Assembly: GCF_056746865.1 (NCBI RefSeq)
Contig: NZ_CM163382.1
DNA: 64,000 bases
Strand: one strand, 5' to 3'
Shown here: positions 42,661 to 56,088 of the stretch, piece after piece
Position numbering within the stretch: the stretch's first letter is position 1
Layout of the letters: the number at the start of each line of letters is the position of its first letter
Position numbers and translations under genes: made by a program
The notes under the pieces: generated by a model
Databases searched by the model: none
What the model saw: only the letters and a program-made list of their open reading frames with translations
What the model was told of the DNA's origin: nothing

Positions 42661-44034
42661 ATGTCTGTACAGCAAATCGACTGGGATCTGGCCCTGATCC
42701 AGAAATATAACTATTCCGGGCCACGATACACCTCGTACCCGACCGCGCTGGAGTTTTCAGAAGACTTCGGCGAACAGGCGTTTTTACAAGCCGTGGCGCG
42801 CTATCCTGAGCGTCCATTATCTCTCTACGTACATATTCCGTTCTGCCATAAGCTTTGTTACTTCTGCGGTTGCAATAAGATTGTTACTCGCCAGCAGCAC
42901 AAGGCCGATCAGTATCTGGACGCGCTGGAGCAAGAAATCGTCCATCGTGCACCGCTGTTCGCCGGGCGTCACGTCAGCCAATTGCACTGGGGCGGTGGTA
43001 CGCCGACGTATCTGAACAAAGCGCAAATCAGCCGTCTGATGAAGCTGCTGCGCGAAAACTTCCAGTTCAATGCCGATGCGGAGATTTCGATCGAAGTCGA
43101 TCCGCGTGAAATCGAACTGGATGTACTCGATCATTTACGCGCCGAGGGCTTTAATCGCCTGAGCATGGGCGTGCAGGACTTCAACAAAGAAGTGCAACGT
43201 CTGGTTAACCGCGAGCAGGATGAAGAGTTCATCTTTGCACTGCTTAACCATGCGCGTGAGATTGGTTTTACCTCCACCAACATCGACCTGATTTACGGCC
43301 TGCCGAAACAGACGCCGGAGAGTTTCGCCTTTACCCTGAAACGCGTGGCGGAGCTGAACCCCGATCGTCTGAGTGTCTTCAACTACGCGCATCTGCCGAC
43401 CATTTTTGCTGCTCAGCGCAAAATCAAAGATGCTGACTTGCCGAGTCCGCAGCAAAAACTCGATATCCTGCAGGAAACCATCGCCTTCCTGACGCAATCG
43501 GGCTATCAGTTTATCGGTATGGATCACTTTGCTCGCCCGGATGACGAGCTGGCGGTGGCCCAGCGTGAAGGCGTGCTGCATCGTAACTTCCAGGGCTACA
43601 CCACTCAGGGCGATACCGATCTGCTGGGGATGGGCGTTTCCGCCATCAGCATGATTGGCGACTGCTACGCGCAGAACCAGAAAGAGTTGAAGCAGTACTA
43701 TCAGCAAGTGGATGAACAAGGCAATGCGCTGTGGCGTGGTATTGCGCTAACGCGTGATGACTGTATTCGCCGCGATGTGATTAAGTCGCTCATCTGCAAC
43801 TTCCGTCTGGATTTCGCCCCCATTGAGCAACAGTGGGATTTGCACTTCCCTGATTACTTTGCCGAAGATCTCAAGCTGCTCGCCCCGTTAGCAAAAGATG
43901 GGCTGGTGGATGTGGATGAGAAGGGGATTCAGGTGACGGCGAAAGGTCGCCTGCTTATCCGCAACATTTGCATGTGCTTTGATACCTATCTGCGCCAGAA
44001 AGCGCGGATGCAGCAGTTCTCTCGGGTGATTTAA
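42661..44034 (+). CDS. hemN: Oxygen-independent coproporphyrinogen III oxidase (radical SAM)
   Basis: ORF 42655-44034; ATG at 42661 gives 457 aa; CxxxCxxC radical-SAM motif (CHKLCYFCGC). Confidence 0.95.
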   Translation: MSVQQIDWDLALIQKYNYSGPRYTSYPTALEFSEDFGEQAFLQAVARYPERPLSLYVHIPFCHKLCYFCGCNKIVTRQQHKADQYLDALEQEIVHRAPLFAGRHVSQLHWGGGTPTYLNKAQISRLMKLLRENFQFNADAEISIEVDPREIELDVLDHLRAEGFNRLSMGVQDFNKEVQRLVNREQDEEFIFALLNHAREIGFTSTNIDLIYGLPKQTPESFAFTLKRVAELNPDRLSVFNYAHLPTIFAAQRKIKDADLPSPQQKLDILQETIAFLTQSGYQFIGMDHFARPDDELAVAQREGVLHRNFQGYTTQGDTDLLGMGVSAISMIGDCYAQNQKELKQYYQQVDEQGNALWRGIALTRDDCIRRDVIKSLICNFRLDFAPIEQQWDLHFPDYFAEDLKLLAPLAKDGLVDVDEKGIQVTAKGRLLIRNICMCFDTYLRQKARMQQFSRVI

Positions 44035-44100
44035 ATAGTGAATGGCGCTTCGTTTACAAAGTAGAAAACGAAAGCGCCATCAATGTGCTGAGAACAAGAT

Positions 44101-44192
44101 TGCCTGATGCGCTACGCTTATCAGGCCTACAAAACCTGTTGAAAATATTGCTTTTGTAGGCCGGATAAGGCGTTCACGCCGCATCCGGCATG
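44101..44192. repeat. REP/BIME elements downstream of hemN
   Basis: GCCTGATGCGCTACGCTTATCAGGCCTAC ... GCCGGATAAGGCGTTCACGCCGCATCCGGC. Confidence 0.75.
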
Positions 44193-44223
44193 AACAAAGA
44201 GCACTTCATCAGCAATCTGAAAC

Positions 44224-44334
44224 TCAACTAAACAGCCCAATCATTGCGGCACACAGCACGGCAGCAACGGCAGTTTGCGGTGTGTGGCTGTCAACTGCGC
44301 CACTCGATACCAGATTAATTATTGATTCCAGCAT
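44224..44334 (-). CDS. yshB: Small protein YshB (36 aa)
   Basis: Below the ORF-track size cutoff; minus-strand ATG 44332-44334 to TGA 44224-44226 encodes MLESIINLVSSGAVDSHTPQTAVAAVLCAAMIGLFS, matching the described E. coli small protein YshB. Confidence 0.6.
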   Translation of the reverse strand: MLESIINLVSSGAVDSHTPQTAVAAVLCAAMIGLFS

Positions 44335-44445
44335 AACGACTCTCCCCGTTTTCCGGGCAAGATCATACTGAACTTATCGGAACAGTAAAGCGCAAAATAC
44401 CAGCAATTTGCGCTCAATAATCAATCTTTACACACAAGCCGTGAA

Positions 44446-45855
44446 TCACTCCATCCCCAGCTCTTTTAACTTACGCGTCAGAGTGTTGCGGCCCCAGCCG
44501 AGTAGCCGCGCCGCTTCCTGTTTATGCCCCTGCGTATGTCGCAATGCGGTTGTCAGTAAAGTCCGCTCCAGCTCAGGCTGCGCTTCGGAAAGCAGATTTT
44601 GATGACCGGAACGCAGCGCCCTGTCTGCCCACTGCGCTAACAGCGTCGCCCAACTGTCCGGTTGCATATGCGAAGTACTCTCCGCAACCGTTGACTCAAA
44701 CAGTTCGCTGGGCAAATCCTGAATCAACACTTCCTGTCCGGCAGCCATCACCGTTAGCCAGCGACAGGTGTTTTCCAGCTGGCGTACGTTACCCGGCCAT
44801 GCCAGACGCGTCAGCGCGGCTTCGGTTTCCGGATGCAGCAACTTCGCTTCTACGCCCAGCTCGCGCGCGGCAACCTGTAAAAAATGACGTGCCAGACGGG
44901 GAATATCTTCCCGACGCTCACGCAGTGGCGGCAGATGAACGCGGATGACGTTCAGGCGGTGGAACAGATCCTCACGGAACTTACCTTCCTGCACCCGCTG
45001 TTCAAGATTCTGGTGAGTGGCAGCGATAATCCGCACATCCACTTTCACCGGCGCATAGCCGCCAACGCGATAAAACTGACCGTCTGCCAGCACGCGCAGC
45101 AAACGCGTCTGCACATCCAGCGGCATATCACCAATTTCGTCGAGAAATAACGTGCCGCCATCGGCCTGTTCAAAACGCCCCTGACGAATGGTGTTCGCGC
45201 CAGTAAACGCGCCTTTCTCGTGACCAAACAGTTCTGATTCGATCAAATCCTTCGGGATAGCCGCCATATTCAGCGCGATAAATGGCGCTTTGGCTCGCGG
45301 ACTGTGGCGATGCAGGGCATGAGCGACCAGTTCTTTACCGGTGCCGGATTCGCCGTTAATCAGCACGCTAATAGAAGAACGCGAAAGCCGACCGATAATA
45401 CGGAACACGTCCTGCATGGCTGGCGCTTCGCCGATGATATCGGTCGTTGGGCCGTTAAGCTGAACATTACGCGGCTGCTGCTGTTCCTGGTAATGACTGA
45501 TGGCGCGCTCAACCAGCGCGACGGCTTCGTCGATATCAAACGGTTTGGGCAGATAATCAAACGCCCCTTGTTGATAGGCGCTGACGGCAGCATCCAGATC
45601 GGAATGTGCGGTCATAATGATGACCGGAAGCATCGGATGGCGCTGTTTAATCTGCTTGAGCAGCGCCAGCCCGTCCATTCCCGGCATACGGATATCTGAA
45701 AGCAGCACATCCGGCGTTTTGCTCGCCAGCGCCTCCAGTACCTCCGCGCCGTTCTCAAATGTCGTACAGGTTAAACCCGCTCCAGCGAGCGCACGTTCAA
45801 GCACCCAACGGATGGAACTATCGTCATCGACTACCCAGACTATCCCTCGTTGCAT
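44446..45855 (-). CDS. glnG: Nitrogen regulation response regulator NtrC (sigma54 activator)
   Basis: ORF 44446-45915; true start ATG 45853-45855 ([23 protein letters not shown]...), 469 aa; GAFTGA motif present. Confidence 0.95.
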   Translation of the reverse strand: MQRGIVWVVDDDSSIRWVLERALAGAGLTCTTFENGAEVLEALASKTPDVLLSDIRMPGMDGLALLKQIKQRHPMLPVIIMTAHSDLDAAVSAYQQGAFDYLPKPFDIDEAVALVERAISHYQEQQQPRNVQLNGPTTDIIGEAPAMQDVFRIIGRLSRSSISVLINGESGTGKELVAHALHRHSPRAKAPFIALNMAAIPKDLIESELFGHEKGAFTGANTIRQGRFEQADGGTLFLDEIGDMPLDVQTRLLRVLADGQFYRVGGYAPVKVDVRIIAATHQNLEQRVQEGKFREDLFHRLNVIRVHLPPLRERREDIPRLARHFLQVAARELGVEAKLLHPETEAALTRLAWPGNVRQLENTCRWLTVMAAGQEVLIQDLPSELFESTVAESTSHMQPDSWATLLAQWADRALRSGHQNLLSEAQPELERTLLTTALRHTQGHKQEAARLLGWGRNTLTRKLKELGME

Positions 45856-45866
45856 AAACGTCACCT

Positions 45867-46916
45867 TTATTTCCTGATAGGCAGGTAAACCGAGAACTCG
45901 GTATGACCTGGCCAACTGGTAAATTCAATTTTGCCTGAATGCTGATCAATCAAATTACGGGCGATGGATAAGCCAAGCCCGGTGCCACCTTCGCGGCCGC
46001 TGACCATCGGGTAAAACAGCGTATCCTGCAAATGAGGCGGAATACCTGGCCCGTTATCTTCCACATCAATTCGCGCCGCCAGCCGATAACGCTCGCCGTG
46101 TAAGGTCAGTTGGAAAGCTGTGCGGGTACGCAGAATGATTTCACCACCCTCTGGCCCCAGCGCCTGTAGCGCATTGCGCACAATATTCAGGAGCACTTGC
46201 TCAATTTGATCCGGGTCGTGCGCCAGTTCCGGCAGGCTGGGGTCGTAATCACGAATCAACCGCACGTTGTCCGGCAGTTCCATCGACACCAGCGTCACCA
46301 CGCGTTCAGCCACTTTATGAATACTTTCGGTAACGCGCGTACCGGGCAGTTGCGGTCCCAACAGACGGTCGACCAGATTTCGCAGCCGGTCCGCCTGTTC
46401 GATAATAACTTTGGTATATTCGAGTAGTGACGGGTCAGGTAATGCTTTGCTGAGCAGCTGCGCCGCGCCACGTAAACCGCCAAGCGGATTTTTAATCTCA
46501 TGTGCCAGGCCGCGCACTAAATCACGGGCAGCAACCTGCTGGGCGTGCTGTAGCTGTTCCTGACTTAAGCGGCGCTGGTTATCCATCGGTGCCATCTCCA
46601 GCAGGATCATGCCGTCCGGCATACGCTGGGCCGTCACAGAAAGGATATGCGAGCGCCCGTCGATGACCAGCGTCACTTCGTTATCGGTAAAACCTTGCCC
46701 CGCCTCCAGACTTTCTTGCATCAGCTCGATATTTAATGAGAAGTAGCTCAACAGTTCCGGTAACGGTGTACCAAACAATTTGCGGGAGCTTTGGGCGAGC
46801 AGTTGTTGCGCGGCGGGGTTGGCGTAATGGATCGCCAGGTTGTCATCGATTAACAAAATACTGTTAATCAGCGAGTTGAGGATCTGCCCAGCATCGGGCT
46901 GCGTGCCTGTTGCCAT
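45867..46916 (-). CDS. glnL: Nitrogen regulation sensor histidine kinase NtrB
   Basis: 349-aa ORF with H-box ([12 protein letters not shown]) matching NtrB. Confidence 0.95.
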
Positions 46917-46937
46917 AAAGCAGTCTCCTGAACAGGT

Positions 46938-46954
46938 TGCACCATTTTAGTGCA
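46938..46954. promoter_or_regulatory. NtrC binding site overlapping the glnL promoter
   Basis: Palindrome TGCACCATTTTAGTGCA (NtrC consensus TGCACC-N5-GGTGCA) 22 bp upstream of the glnL start. Confidence 0.7.
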
Positions 46955-47049
46955 TTATAGCTTTTTACGGATAAAAAGCGCGAAGCATCAGAGAATTGAC
47001 GGAGAAAAAAGCCCATGCAGAGATGGGCTGAAAGTTTCCACGGCAACTA

Positions 47050-47075
47050 AATCCCGGCGTTGTTGCGCCGGGTAG
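47050..47075 (-). terminator. glnA terminator hairpin
   Basis: Inverted repeat cccggcg-ttgttg-cgccggg just downstream of the glnA stop on the minus strand. Confidence 0.65.
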
Positions 47076-47089
47076 TACAACTTCAACTA

Positions 47090-48499
47090 TTAGACGCTGT
47101 AGTACAGCTCAAACTCTACCGGATGCGGAGTCATACGCACGCGGTCATCTTCTTCGCGACGCAGAGCGATGTACGCATCGATCGCTTCATCAGTGAACAC
47201 GCCACCGGCTTTCAGGAACTCGCGGTCCAGATCCAGTTCGTTCAGTGCTTCTTCCAGAGAGCCTGCAACTTGTGGGATCTCTTTCGCTTCTTCTGGCGGC
47301 AGGTCATACAGGTTTTTGTCCATGGCTTCGCCCGGATGGATCTTGTTCTTGATACCATCAAGACCGGCCATCAGCAGGGCAGCAAAGCACAGGTACGGGT
47401 TAGCCGCCGGATCCGGGAAACGTACTTCGATACGACGTGCTTTCGGAGAAGAAACCACCGGAATACGGATAGACGCAGAACGGTTGCGTGCAGAGTAAGC
47501 CAGCATTACCGGTGCTTCGTAGCCCGGGACCAGACGCTTATAAGAGTTGGTGGTCGGGTTTGCCAGGGCGTTAATCGCTTTAGCGTGTTTGATTACGCCG
47601 CCAATGTAGTACAGCGCCTGCTCAGACAGACCTGCGTATTTGTCGCCTGCGAACAGGTTAACGCCGTTTTTAGACAGAGACATGTGGCAGTGCATACCGG
47701 AGCCGTTATCACCGAACATCGGTTTTGGCATAAAGGTCGCGGTTTTACCGAAGCGGTGCGCTACGTTGTGCACAACATATTTGTAGATCTGAATTTCGTC
47801 AGCTTTTTTGGTCATGGTATTGAAGCGGGTAGCCACTTCGTTCTGACCAGCAGTCGCTACTTCGTGGTGATGGGCTTCAACCACCAGACCCATCTGTTCC
47901 ATCACCAGACACATTTCAGAACGAATATCCTGAGCAGAGTCTACCGGCGGAACCGGGAAGTAACCGCCTTTCACTGCCGGACGGTGACCTTTGTTACCAC
48001 CTTCGTATTGGGTGGAGGAGTTCCATGCGCCTTCGATATCGTCGATAGCAACGTGGGAACCGGAGATAGAAGATCCGAAACGGATGTCATCGAACAGGAA
48101 GAATTCAGGTTCTGGCCCGAACAGTACGGTGTCGGCAATGCCAGTGGAACGCAGGTAATCTTCGGCGCGCTTCGCAATAGAGCGCGGGTCACGGTCATAG
48201 CCTTGCAGGGTGCCAGGTTCAAGGATGTCGCAACGGATAATCAGGGTAGAATCGGCGAAGAACGGGTCAATCACTGCGGTGGACGCGTCTGGCATCAGCA
48301 CCATGTCGGATTCGTTAATGCCTTTCCAGCCGCCAATCGAGGAGCCGTCAAACATTTTGCCTTCTTCGAAGAATTCAGCATTCACCTGATGAGCAGGGAT
48401 AGTGACGTGCTGTTCTTTACCTTTGGTATCGGTGAAGCGCAAATCAACAAACTTCACTTCGTGCTCGTTCAGCATCGTCAGTACGTGTTCAGCGGACAT
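47090..48499 (-). CDS. glnA: Glutamine synthetase
   Basis: 469-aa [38 protein letters not shown]... matching GlnA. Confidence 0.98.
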
Positions 48500-48582
48500 A
48501 CTTTAACTCTCCTGGATTGGTCATGGTCGTCGTGGTAACGAAATCTGCAATTATTTTGGCCGTGTCGCCGTAAAAAAGATAA

Positions 48583-48720
48583 AGCGAAATCTGTGCCAAC
48601 TTTTAAATTGCCCCTAAAAGGCGTTATCATGCTTAACATCGTGCAAAAGGGCTGCACCATGATATGAATGTTGCACCAATATAGTGCTTCAATGGAAACA
48701 TTAAGCACCATATTGGTGCA
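48583..48720 (-). promoter_or_regulatory. glnAp2 sigma54 promoter (TTGGCACAGATTTCGCT at 48583-48599, minus strand) with upstream NtrC enhancer sites (48672-48687 and 48705-48720)
   Basis: -24 GG / -12 GC element on the glnA strand; palindromes TGCACCAATATAGTGC and GCACCATATTGGTGCA further upstream. Confidence 0.8.
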
Positions 48721-48871
48721 ATGACCTTTGGATAACCCTTTTTATGCTCCGTGAAAGCGATCACAAAGGGACTCTGCAATACTTGTTTGCGGAGGATGTT
48801 TGTGATCCTGTTTTGTAGTGCGATTAATCCGTGTACAATAACGCGCTATTTCTAATGCCTGAGGCAAAGTT

Positions 48872-50695
48872 GTGATCGAAAAATTGCGTAATATCGCCAT
48901 CATCGCGCACGTAGACCATGGTAAAACCACCCTGGTAGACAAGCTGCTCCAACAATCCGGTACGTTCGACTCTCGTGCCGAAACCCAAGAGCGCGTGATG
49001 GACTCCAACGATTTGGAGAAAGAGCGTGGGATTACCATCCTCGCGAAAAACACCGCTATCAAATGGAATGATTACCGTATCAACATCGTTGATACCCCGG
49101 GGCACGCCGACTTCGGTGGTGAAGTTGAACGTGTAATGTCCATGGTAGACTCAGTGCTGCTGGTGGTTGACGCATTTGACGGCCCGATGCCGCAAACGCG
49201 CTTCGTAACCAAAAAAGCGTTTGCTTACGGCCTGAAGCCGATTGTTGTTATCAACAAAGTTGACCGCCCTGGCGCGCGTCCTGATTGGGTTGTGGATCAG
49301 GTATTCGATCTGTTCGTTAACCTCGACGCGACCGACGAGCAGCTGGACTTCCCGATCGTTTACGCTTCTGCGCTGAACGGTATCGCGGGTCTGGACCACG
49401 AAGATATGGCGGAAGACATGACCCCGCTGTATCAGGCGATTGTTGACCACGTTCCTGCGCCGGACGTTGACCTTGACGGTCCGTTCCAGATGCAGATTTC
49501 TCAGCTCGATTACAACAGCTATGTTGGCGTTATCGGCATTGGCCGCATCAAGCGCGGTAAAGTGAAGCCGAACCAGCAGGTCACTATCATCGATAGCGAA
49601 GGCAAAACCCGTAACGCGAAAGTCGGTAAAGTGCTGGGCCACCTCGGTCTGGAACGTATTGAAACCGATCTGGCGGAAGCTGGCGATATCGTGGCGATCA
49701 CGGGCCTGGGCGAACTGAACATTTCTGACACCGTTTGCGACACGCAAAACGTTGAAGCGCTGCCGGCACTCTCCGTTGATGAGCCGACCGTTTCTATGTT
49801 CTTCTGCGTTAACACCTCGCCGTTCTGCGGTAAAGAAGGTAAGTTCGTAACGTCTCGTCAGATCCTGGATCGTCTGAACAAAGAACTGGTACACAACGTT
49901 GCGCTGCGCGTAGAAGAAACCGAAGACGCCGATGCGTTCCGCGTTTCTGGTCGTGGCGAACTGCACCTGTCTGTTCTTATCGAAAACATGCGTCGTGAAG
50001 GTTTCGAACTGGCGGTATCCCGTCCGAAAGTAATCTTCCGTGAAATCGACGGTCGTAAACAAGAGCCGTATGAAAACGTGACGCTGGACGTTGAAGAACA
50101 GCATCAGGGTTCTGTGATGCAGGCGCTGGGCGAACGTAAAGGCGACCTGAAAAACATGAATCCAGACGGTAAAGGCCGCGTACGTCTCGACTACGTGATC
50201 CCAAGCCGTGGTCTGATTGGCTTCCGTTCTGAGTTCATGACCATGACTTCCGGTACTGGTCTGCTGTACTCCACCTTCAGCCACTACGACGACGTACGTC
50301 CGGGTGAAGTGGGTCAGCGTCAGAACGGCGTACTGATCTCTAACGGTCAGGGTAAAGCGGTAGCGTTCGCGCTGTTCGGTCTGCAGGATCGCGGTAAGCT
50401 GTTCCTCGGTCACGGTGCAGAAGTTTACGAAGGTCAGATTATCGGTATTCACAGCCGCTCTAACGACCTGACTGTAAACTGCCTGACCGGTAAGAAACTG
50501 ACCAACATGCGTGCTTCCGGTACTGACGAAGCCGTTGTTCTGGTTCCGCCTATCCGCATGACTCTGGAACAAGCTCTGGAGTTCATCGATGATGACGAAC
50601 TGGTAGAAGTGACTCCAACCTCTATCCGTATTCGTAAACGTCACCTGACGGAAAACGATCGTCGCCGTGCCAACCGCGCACCGAAAGACGATTAA
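48872..50695 (+). CDS. typA: Ribosome-associated translational GTPase BipA/TypA
   Basis: 607-aa ORF with GTG start and G1 motif [10 protein letters not shown]; EF-G-like. Confidence 0.96.
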   Translation: MIEKLRNIAIIAHVDHGKTTLVDKLLQQSGTFDSRAETQERVMDSNDLEKERGITILAKNTAIKWNDYRINIVDTPGHADFGGEVERVMSMVDSVLLVVDAFDGPMPQTRFVTKKAFAYGLKPIVVINKVDRPGARPDWVVDQVFDLFVNLDATDEQLDFPIVYASALNGIAGLDHEDMAEDMTPLYQAIVDHVPAPDVDLDGPFQMQISQLDYNSYVGVIGIGRIKRGKVKPNQQVTIIDSEGKTRNAKVGKVLGHLGLERIETDLAEAGDIVAITGLGELNISDTVCDTQNVEALPALSVDEPTVSMFFCVNTSPFCGKEGKFVTSRQILDRLNKELVHNVALRVEETEDADAFRVSGRGELHLSVLIENMRREGFELAVSRPKVIFREIDGRKQEPYENVTLDVEEQHQGSVMQALGERKGDLKNMNPDGKGRVRLDYVIPSRGLIGFRSEFMTMTSGTGLLYSTFSHYDDVRPGEVGQRQNGVLISNGQGKAVAFALFGLQDRGKLFLGHGAEVYEGQIIGIHSRSNDLTVNCLTGKKLTNMRASGTDEAVVLVPPIRMTLEQALEFIDDDELVEVTPTSIRIRKRHLTENDRRRANRAPKDD

Positions 50696-50711
50696 TTTCG
50701 TTTTTCAGTCA

Positions 50712-50748
50712 TAAAAAACCTGCCATTGCTGGCAGGTTTTTTTTTACC
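50712..50748 (+). terminator. Rho-independent terminator after typA
   Basis: Hairpin acctgccagcaatggcaggt followed by TTTTTTTTT. Confidence 0.85.
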
Positions 50749-50911
50749 TGTCGTGAGCGCACACCAATGCGAGTATCTCCCTTATAAGTCTGTGATTACG
50801 TCAATAGAGAGCTTTGTCACAATTATCTGCAAAGTCATACACCGTTAATTGCTTTCTTTTTTGGCGTAAGCGTAAGATGCTTCATCTGGTTTAAACCAAA
50901 AGGATTAAACA

Positions 50912-51622
50912 ATGGCGGAGAATCAATCCACCGTAGAAAATGCAAAAGAGAAACTGGATCGGTGGTTGAAAGATGGCATCACCACGCCGGGTGGAAAACT
51001 CCCTTCAGAAAGAGAGCTGGGAGAACTGCTGGGCATTAAACGTATGACGCTGCGCCAGGCGTTGTTGAACCTCGAGGCAGAATCCAAAATCTTCCGTAAG
51101 GATCGTAAGGGGTGGTTCGTGACCCAGCCGCGATTTAATTACAGTCCGGAGCTGTCAGCGAGCTTTCAGCGGGCCGCAATTGAGCAAGGACGAGAGCCTT
51201 CCTGGGGGTTTACCGAGAAAAACCGTACCAGCGATATTCCCGAGACGCTCGCGCCACTGATTGCAGTGACACCATCAACTGAACTCTATCGCATCACCGG
51301 CTGGGGGGCGCTGGAAGGACATAAAGTTTTCTATCACGAAACATATATTAATCCTGAAGTTGCTCCGGGTTTTATTGAACAACTTGAAAACCACTCATTT
51401 TCTGCAGTCTGGGAAAAGTGCTACCAAAAAGAGACGGTAGTAAAAAAATTGATTTTCAAACCCGTCAGAATGCCGGGCGATATCAGCAAGTATCTTGGCG
51501 GTTCTGTGGGTATGCCAGCGATCTTAATTGAAAAGCATCGCGCCGACCAGCAAGGCAATATTGTCCAGATAGATATTGAATATTGGCGATTTGAGGCCGT
51601 AGACCTCATCATTAATCTGTAG
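50912..51622 (+). CDS. yihL: GntR-family transcriptional regulator YihL
   Basis: 236-aa ORF with N-terminal wHTH (LPSERELGELLGIKRMTLRQAL) and UTRA-like C-terminus. Confidence 0.88.
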   Translation: MAENQSTVENAKEKLDRWLKDGITTPGGKLPSERELGELLGIKRMTLRQALLNLEAESKIFRKDRKGWFVTQPRFNYSPELSASFQRAAIEQGREPSWGFTEKNRTSDIPETLAPLIAVTPSTELYRITGWGALEGHKVFYHETYINPEVAPGFIEQLENHSFSAVWEKCYQKETVVKKLIFKPVRMPGDISKYLGGSVGMPAILIEKHRADQQGNIVQIDIEYWRFEAVDLIINL

Positions 51623-51629
51623 GTGTTTT

Positions 51630-53871
<2,242 letters not shown>

Positions 53872-53972
53872 TAAGTTTTAACTCATACGCAGTTAATAAA
53901 ACCATTCGATATGAATGGTCGGTATCTTATTGCCTTTAAAACAGTGATTTTAAAAATCGCTTAGGGGATGTT

Positions 53973-55238
53973 ATGCTCACGAAAAAGAAATGGGCGTTAT
54001 TTAGTCTATTAACATTGTGTGGCGGTACAATTTATAAATTACCGTCGCTGAAAGATGCGTTTTATATCCCGATGCAGGAATATTTCCATTTGACCAATGG
54101 TCAAATTGGTAATGCTATGTCGGTAAACTCATTTGTCACGACAGTGGGCTTTTTTCTGTCTATTTATTTTGCCGATAAACTACCGCGCAGATACACCATG
54201 TCATTCTCACTCATTGCGACAGGATTACTGGGTGTTTATTTGACGACAATGCCGGGATATTGGGGCATCCTCTTTGTCTGGGCGCTATTTGGCGTTACTT
54301 GCGACATGATGAACTGGCCGGTCTTGCTCAAGTCGGTAAGTCGATTGGGCAATAGCGAACAACAAGGTCGGTTGTTTGGCTTCTTCGAAACAGGGCGTGG
54401 CATTGTCGATACCGTGGTGGCATTTTCTGCGTTGGCAGTATTTACCTGGTTTGGCAGTGGCTTATTGGGTTTTAAAGCAGGCATCTGGTTCTATTCCCTT
54501 ATTGTGATTGCCGTAGGCATTATCATTTTCTTTGTTCTGAATGACAAAGAAGAGGCACCGTCCGTTGAGGTGAAAAAAGAAGACGGAGCATCGAAAAACA
54601 CCAGTATGACCTCGGTGCTGAAAGACAAAACTATCTGGCTTATCGCTTTCAACGTCTTCTTCGTTTACGCGGTTTACTGTGGCCTGACATTCTTCATTCC
54701 ATTCCTGAAAAACATCTATCTATTGCCCGTTGCGCTGGTGGGGGCTTACGGCATCATTAACCAATACTGTCTGAAAATGATTGGTGGACCGATTGGTGGC
54801 ATGATTTCAGATAAGATCCTGAAATCGCCGAGTAAATATCTATGCTACACCTTTATCATCAGTACCGCTGCGCTCGTACTGTTGATTATGCTGCCGCACG
54901 AAAGTATGCCGGTATATTTAGGGATGGCATGTACGCTGGGCTTTGGCGCGATAGTCTTTACACAGCGAGCCGTATTTTTTGCACCTATCGGCGAAGCAAA
55001 AATTGCTGAAAATAAAACAGGCGCGGCGATGGCGTTGGGTAGCTTTATTGGTTACGCCCCGGCGATGTTCTGCTTCAGTCTGTATGGCTACATTCTGGAT
55101 TTAAATCCGGGGATTATTGGCTACAAAATTGTGTTTGGCATTATGGCCTGCTTCGCATTCTGTGGTGCGGTGGTTTCCGTAATGCTGGTTAAGCGTATTA
55201 GCCAACGTAAGAAAGAGATGCTGGCGGCTGAAGCTTGA
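53973..55238 (+). CDS. yihN: MFS-family transporter YihN
   Basis: 421-aa polytopic membrane ORF. Confidence 0.88.
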   Translation: MLTKKKWALFSLLTLCGGTIYKLPSLKDAFYIPMQEYFHLTNGQIGNAMSVNSFVTTVGFFLSIYFADKLPRRYTMSFSLIATGLLGVYLTTMPGYWGILFVWALFGVTCDMMNWPVLLKSVSRLGNSEQQGRLFGFFETGRGIVDTVVAFSALAVFTWFGSGLLGFKAGIWFYSLIVIAVGIIIFFVLNDKEEAPSVEVKKEDGASKNTSMTSVLKDKTIWLIAFNVFFVYAVYCGLTFFIPFLKNIYLLPVALVGAYGIINQYCLKMIGGPIGGMISDKILKSPSKYLCYTFIISTAALVLLIMLPHESMPVYLGMACTLGFGAIVFTQRAVFFAPIGEAKIAENKTGAAMALGSFIGYAPAMFCFSLYGYILDLNPGIIGYKIVFGIMACFAFCGAVVSVMLVKRISQRKKEMLAAEA

Positions 55239-55243
55239 TTAAT

Positions 55244-55321
55244 GGCCGGATGTGGCTTAATCCGGCCAACGGAAACCGTATCAACCGTAGGCCGGATAAG
55301 GCGTTTTCGCCGCATCCGGCA
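55244..55321. repeat. REP elements between convergent yihN and ompL
   Basis: GGCCGGATgtggcttaATCCGGCC and GCCGGATAAGGCGTTTTCGCCGCATCCGGC palindromic units. Confidence 0.75.
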
Positions 55322-55329
55322 GTTTTACA

Positions 55330-56022
55330 TCAGAAGAAATACTTCGTCCCGATACGAATCTGGTTTTGCTCGCGGTGGTACGGTTCGACATTACGATCTA
55401 ACCAGCGTAATTCGAAATAAGGGAGCCAGTGTTCATTAATGCGATAACGGAAGGTGTTAGTGATTTCCCAGTGATGATCTTTTCCATTGCTGCTATTAAA
55501 GTCATTTACTCGCATGAAGTAATGTGGTTCAAATGTATAGGAGAATTTCTCGGTGATTTTAAAATTCCAGTAGGTGCCAACTTCATAGGTGTCGTTATTA
55601 TCCAATTCGCCGTTCAAATCTGTAGAGCTGTAATTATTATGGTTATAGCGATTACGCACCGTCAGGTTAAACCACGGAGTAAATTTGTAGTTAACATCCA
55701 GATAAACGGCACCACCCGAACCGATACTCTTGTCATTAATTAAGCCACCGGGCTGGATGGTTAATTTATCGGTTGGTTTAAATAAAGGATACCAACCTTC
55801 AATTTCATTATAGCCATGTTTGAGTTCATCTTCTCGCTGAAAGGTGTAGGTATTGGTTAACATAATACCCGCGCCCATATCGAAGTTATAACCCACGCGT
55901 AGCATAACTTCGCCCTGATCGGAGGCGAGATTATATGCCTCCCTGTTTTCGACGTATGCGCCAGCAAATACCGAGGCAGAGGTCAGAGAGGATAATAGAA
56001 TTATTGCATTAATCTTTTTCAT
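55330..56022 (-). CDS. ompL: Outer-membrane porin OmpL
   Basis: ORF 55330-56088; start ATG 56020-56022 (MKKINAIILLSSLTSASVFA signal peptide), 230 aa; C-terminal aromatic residue (F). Confidence 0.88.
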   Translation of the reverse strand: MKKINAIILLSSLTSASVFAGAYVENREAYNLASDQGEVMLRVGYNFDMGAGIMLTNTYTFQREDELKHGYNEIEGWYPLFKPTDKLTIQPGGLINDKSIGSGGAVYLDVNYKFTPWFNLTVRNRYNHNNYSSTDLNGELDNNDTYEVGTYWNFKITEKFSYTFEPHYFMRVNDFNSSNGKDHHWEITNTFRYRINEHWLPYFELRWLDRNVEPYHREQNQIRIGTKYFF

Positions 56023-56088
56023 AATAAGTCCATTTTTAAACGTAGGGAGGCCGCCACCCACCAGGATGGAAATAGCGGCTATTGACAT

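Noticed and set aside
42551-42817. 88-aa minus-strand ORF spanning the yihI/hemN intergenic region and the hemN 5' end
   Set aside because: Overlaps the hemN start on the opposite strand; no supporting signals.
47060-48538. 492-aa ORF on the plus strand antisense to glnA
   Set aside because: Fully embedded antisense to a highly expressed, high-codon-bias gene; translation is low-complexity (R/V/F-rich) with no recognisable domain. Typical stop-codon-poor antisense frame, not a gene.
49151-50644. 497-aa ORF on the minus strand antisense to typA
   Set aside because: Same artefact: lies entirely inside typA on the opposite strand, has no RBS or promoter context, and an odd composition.
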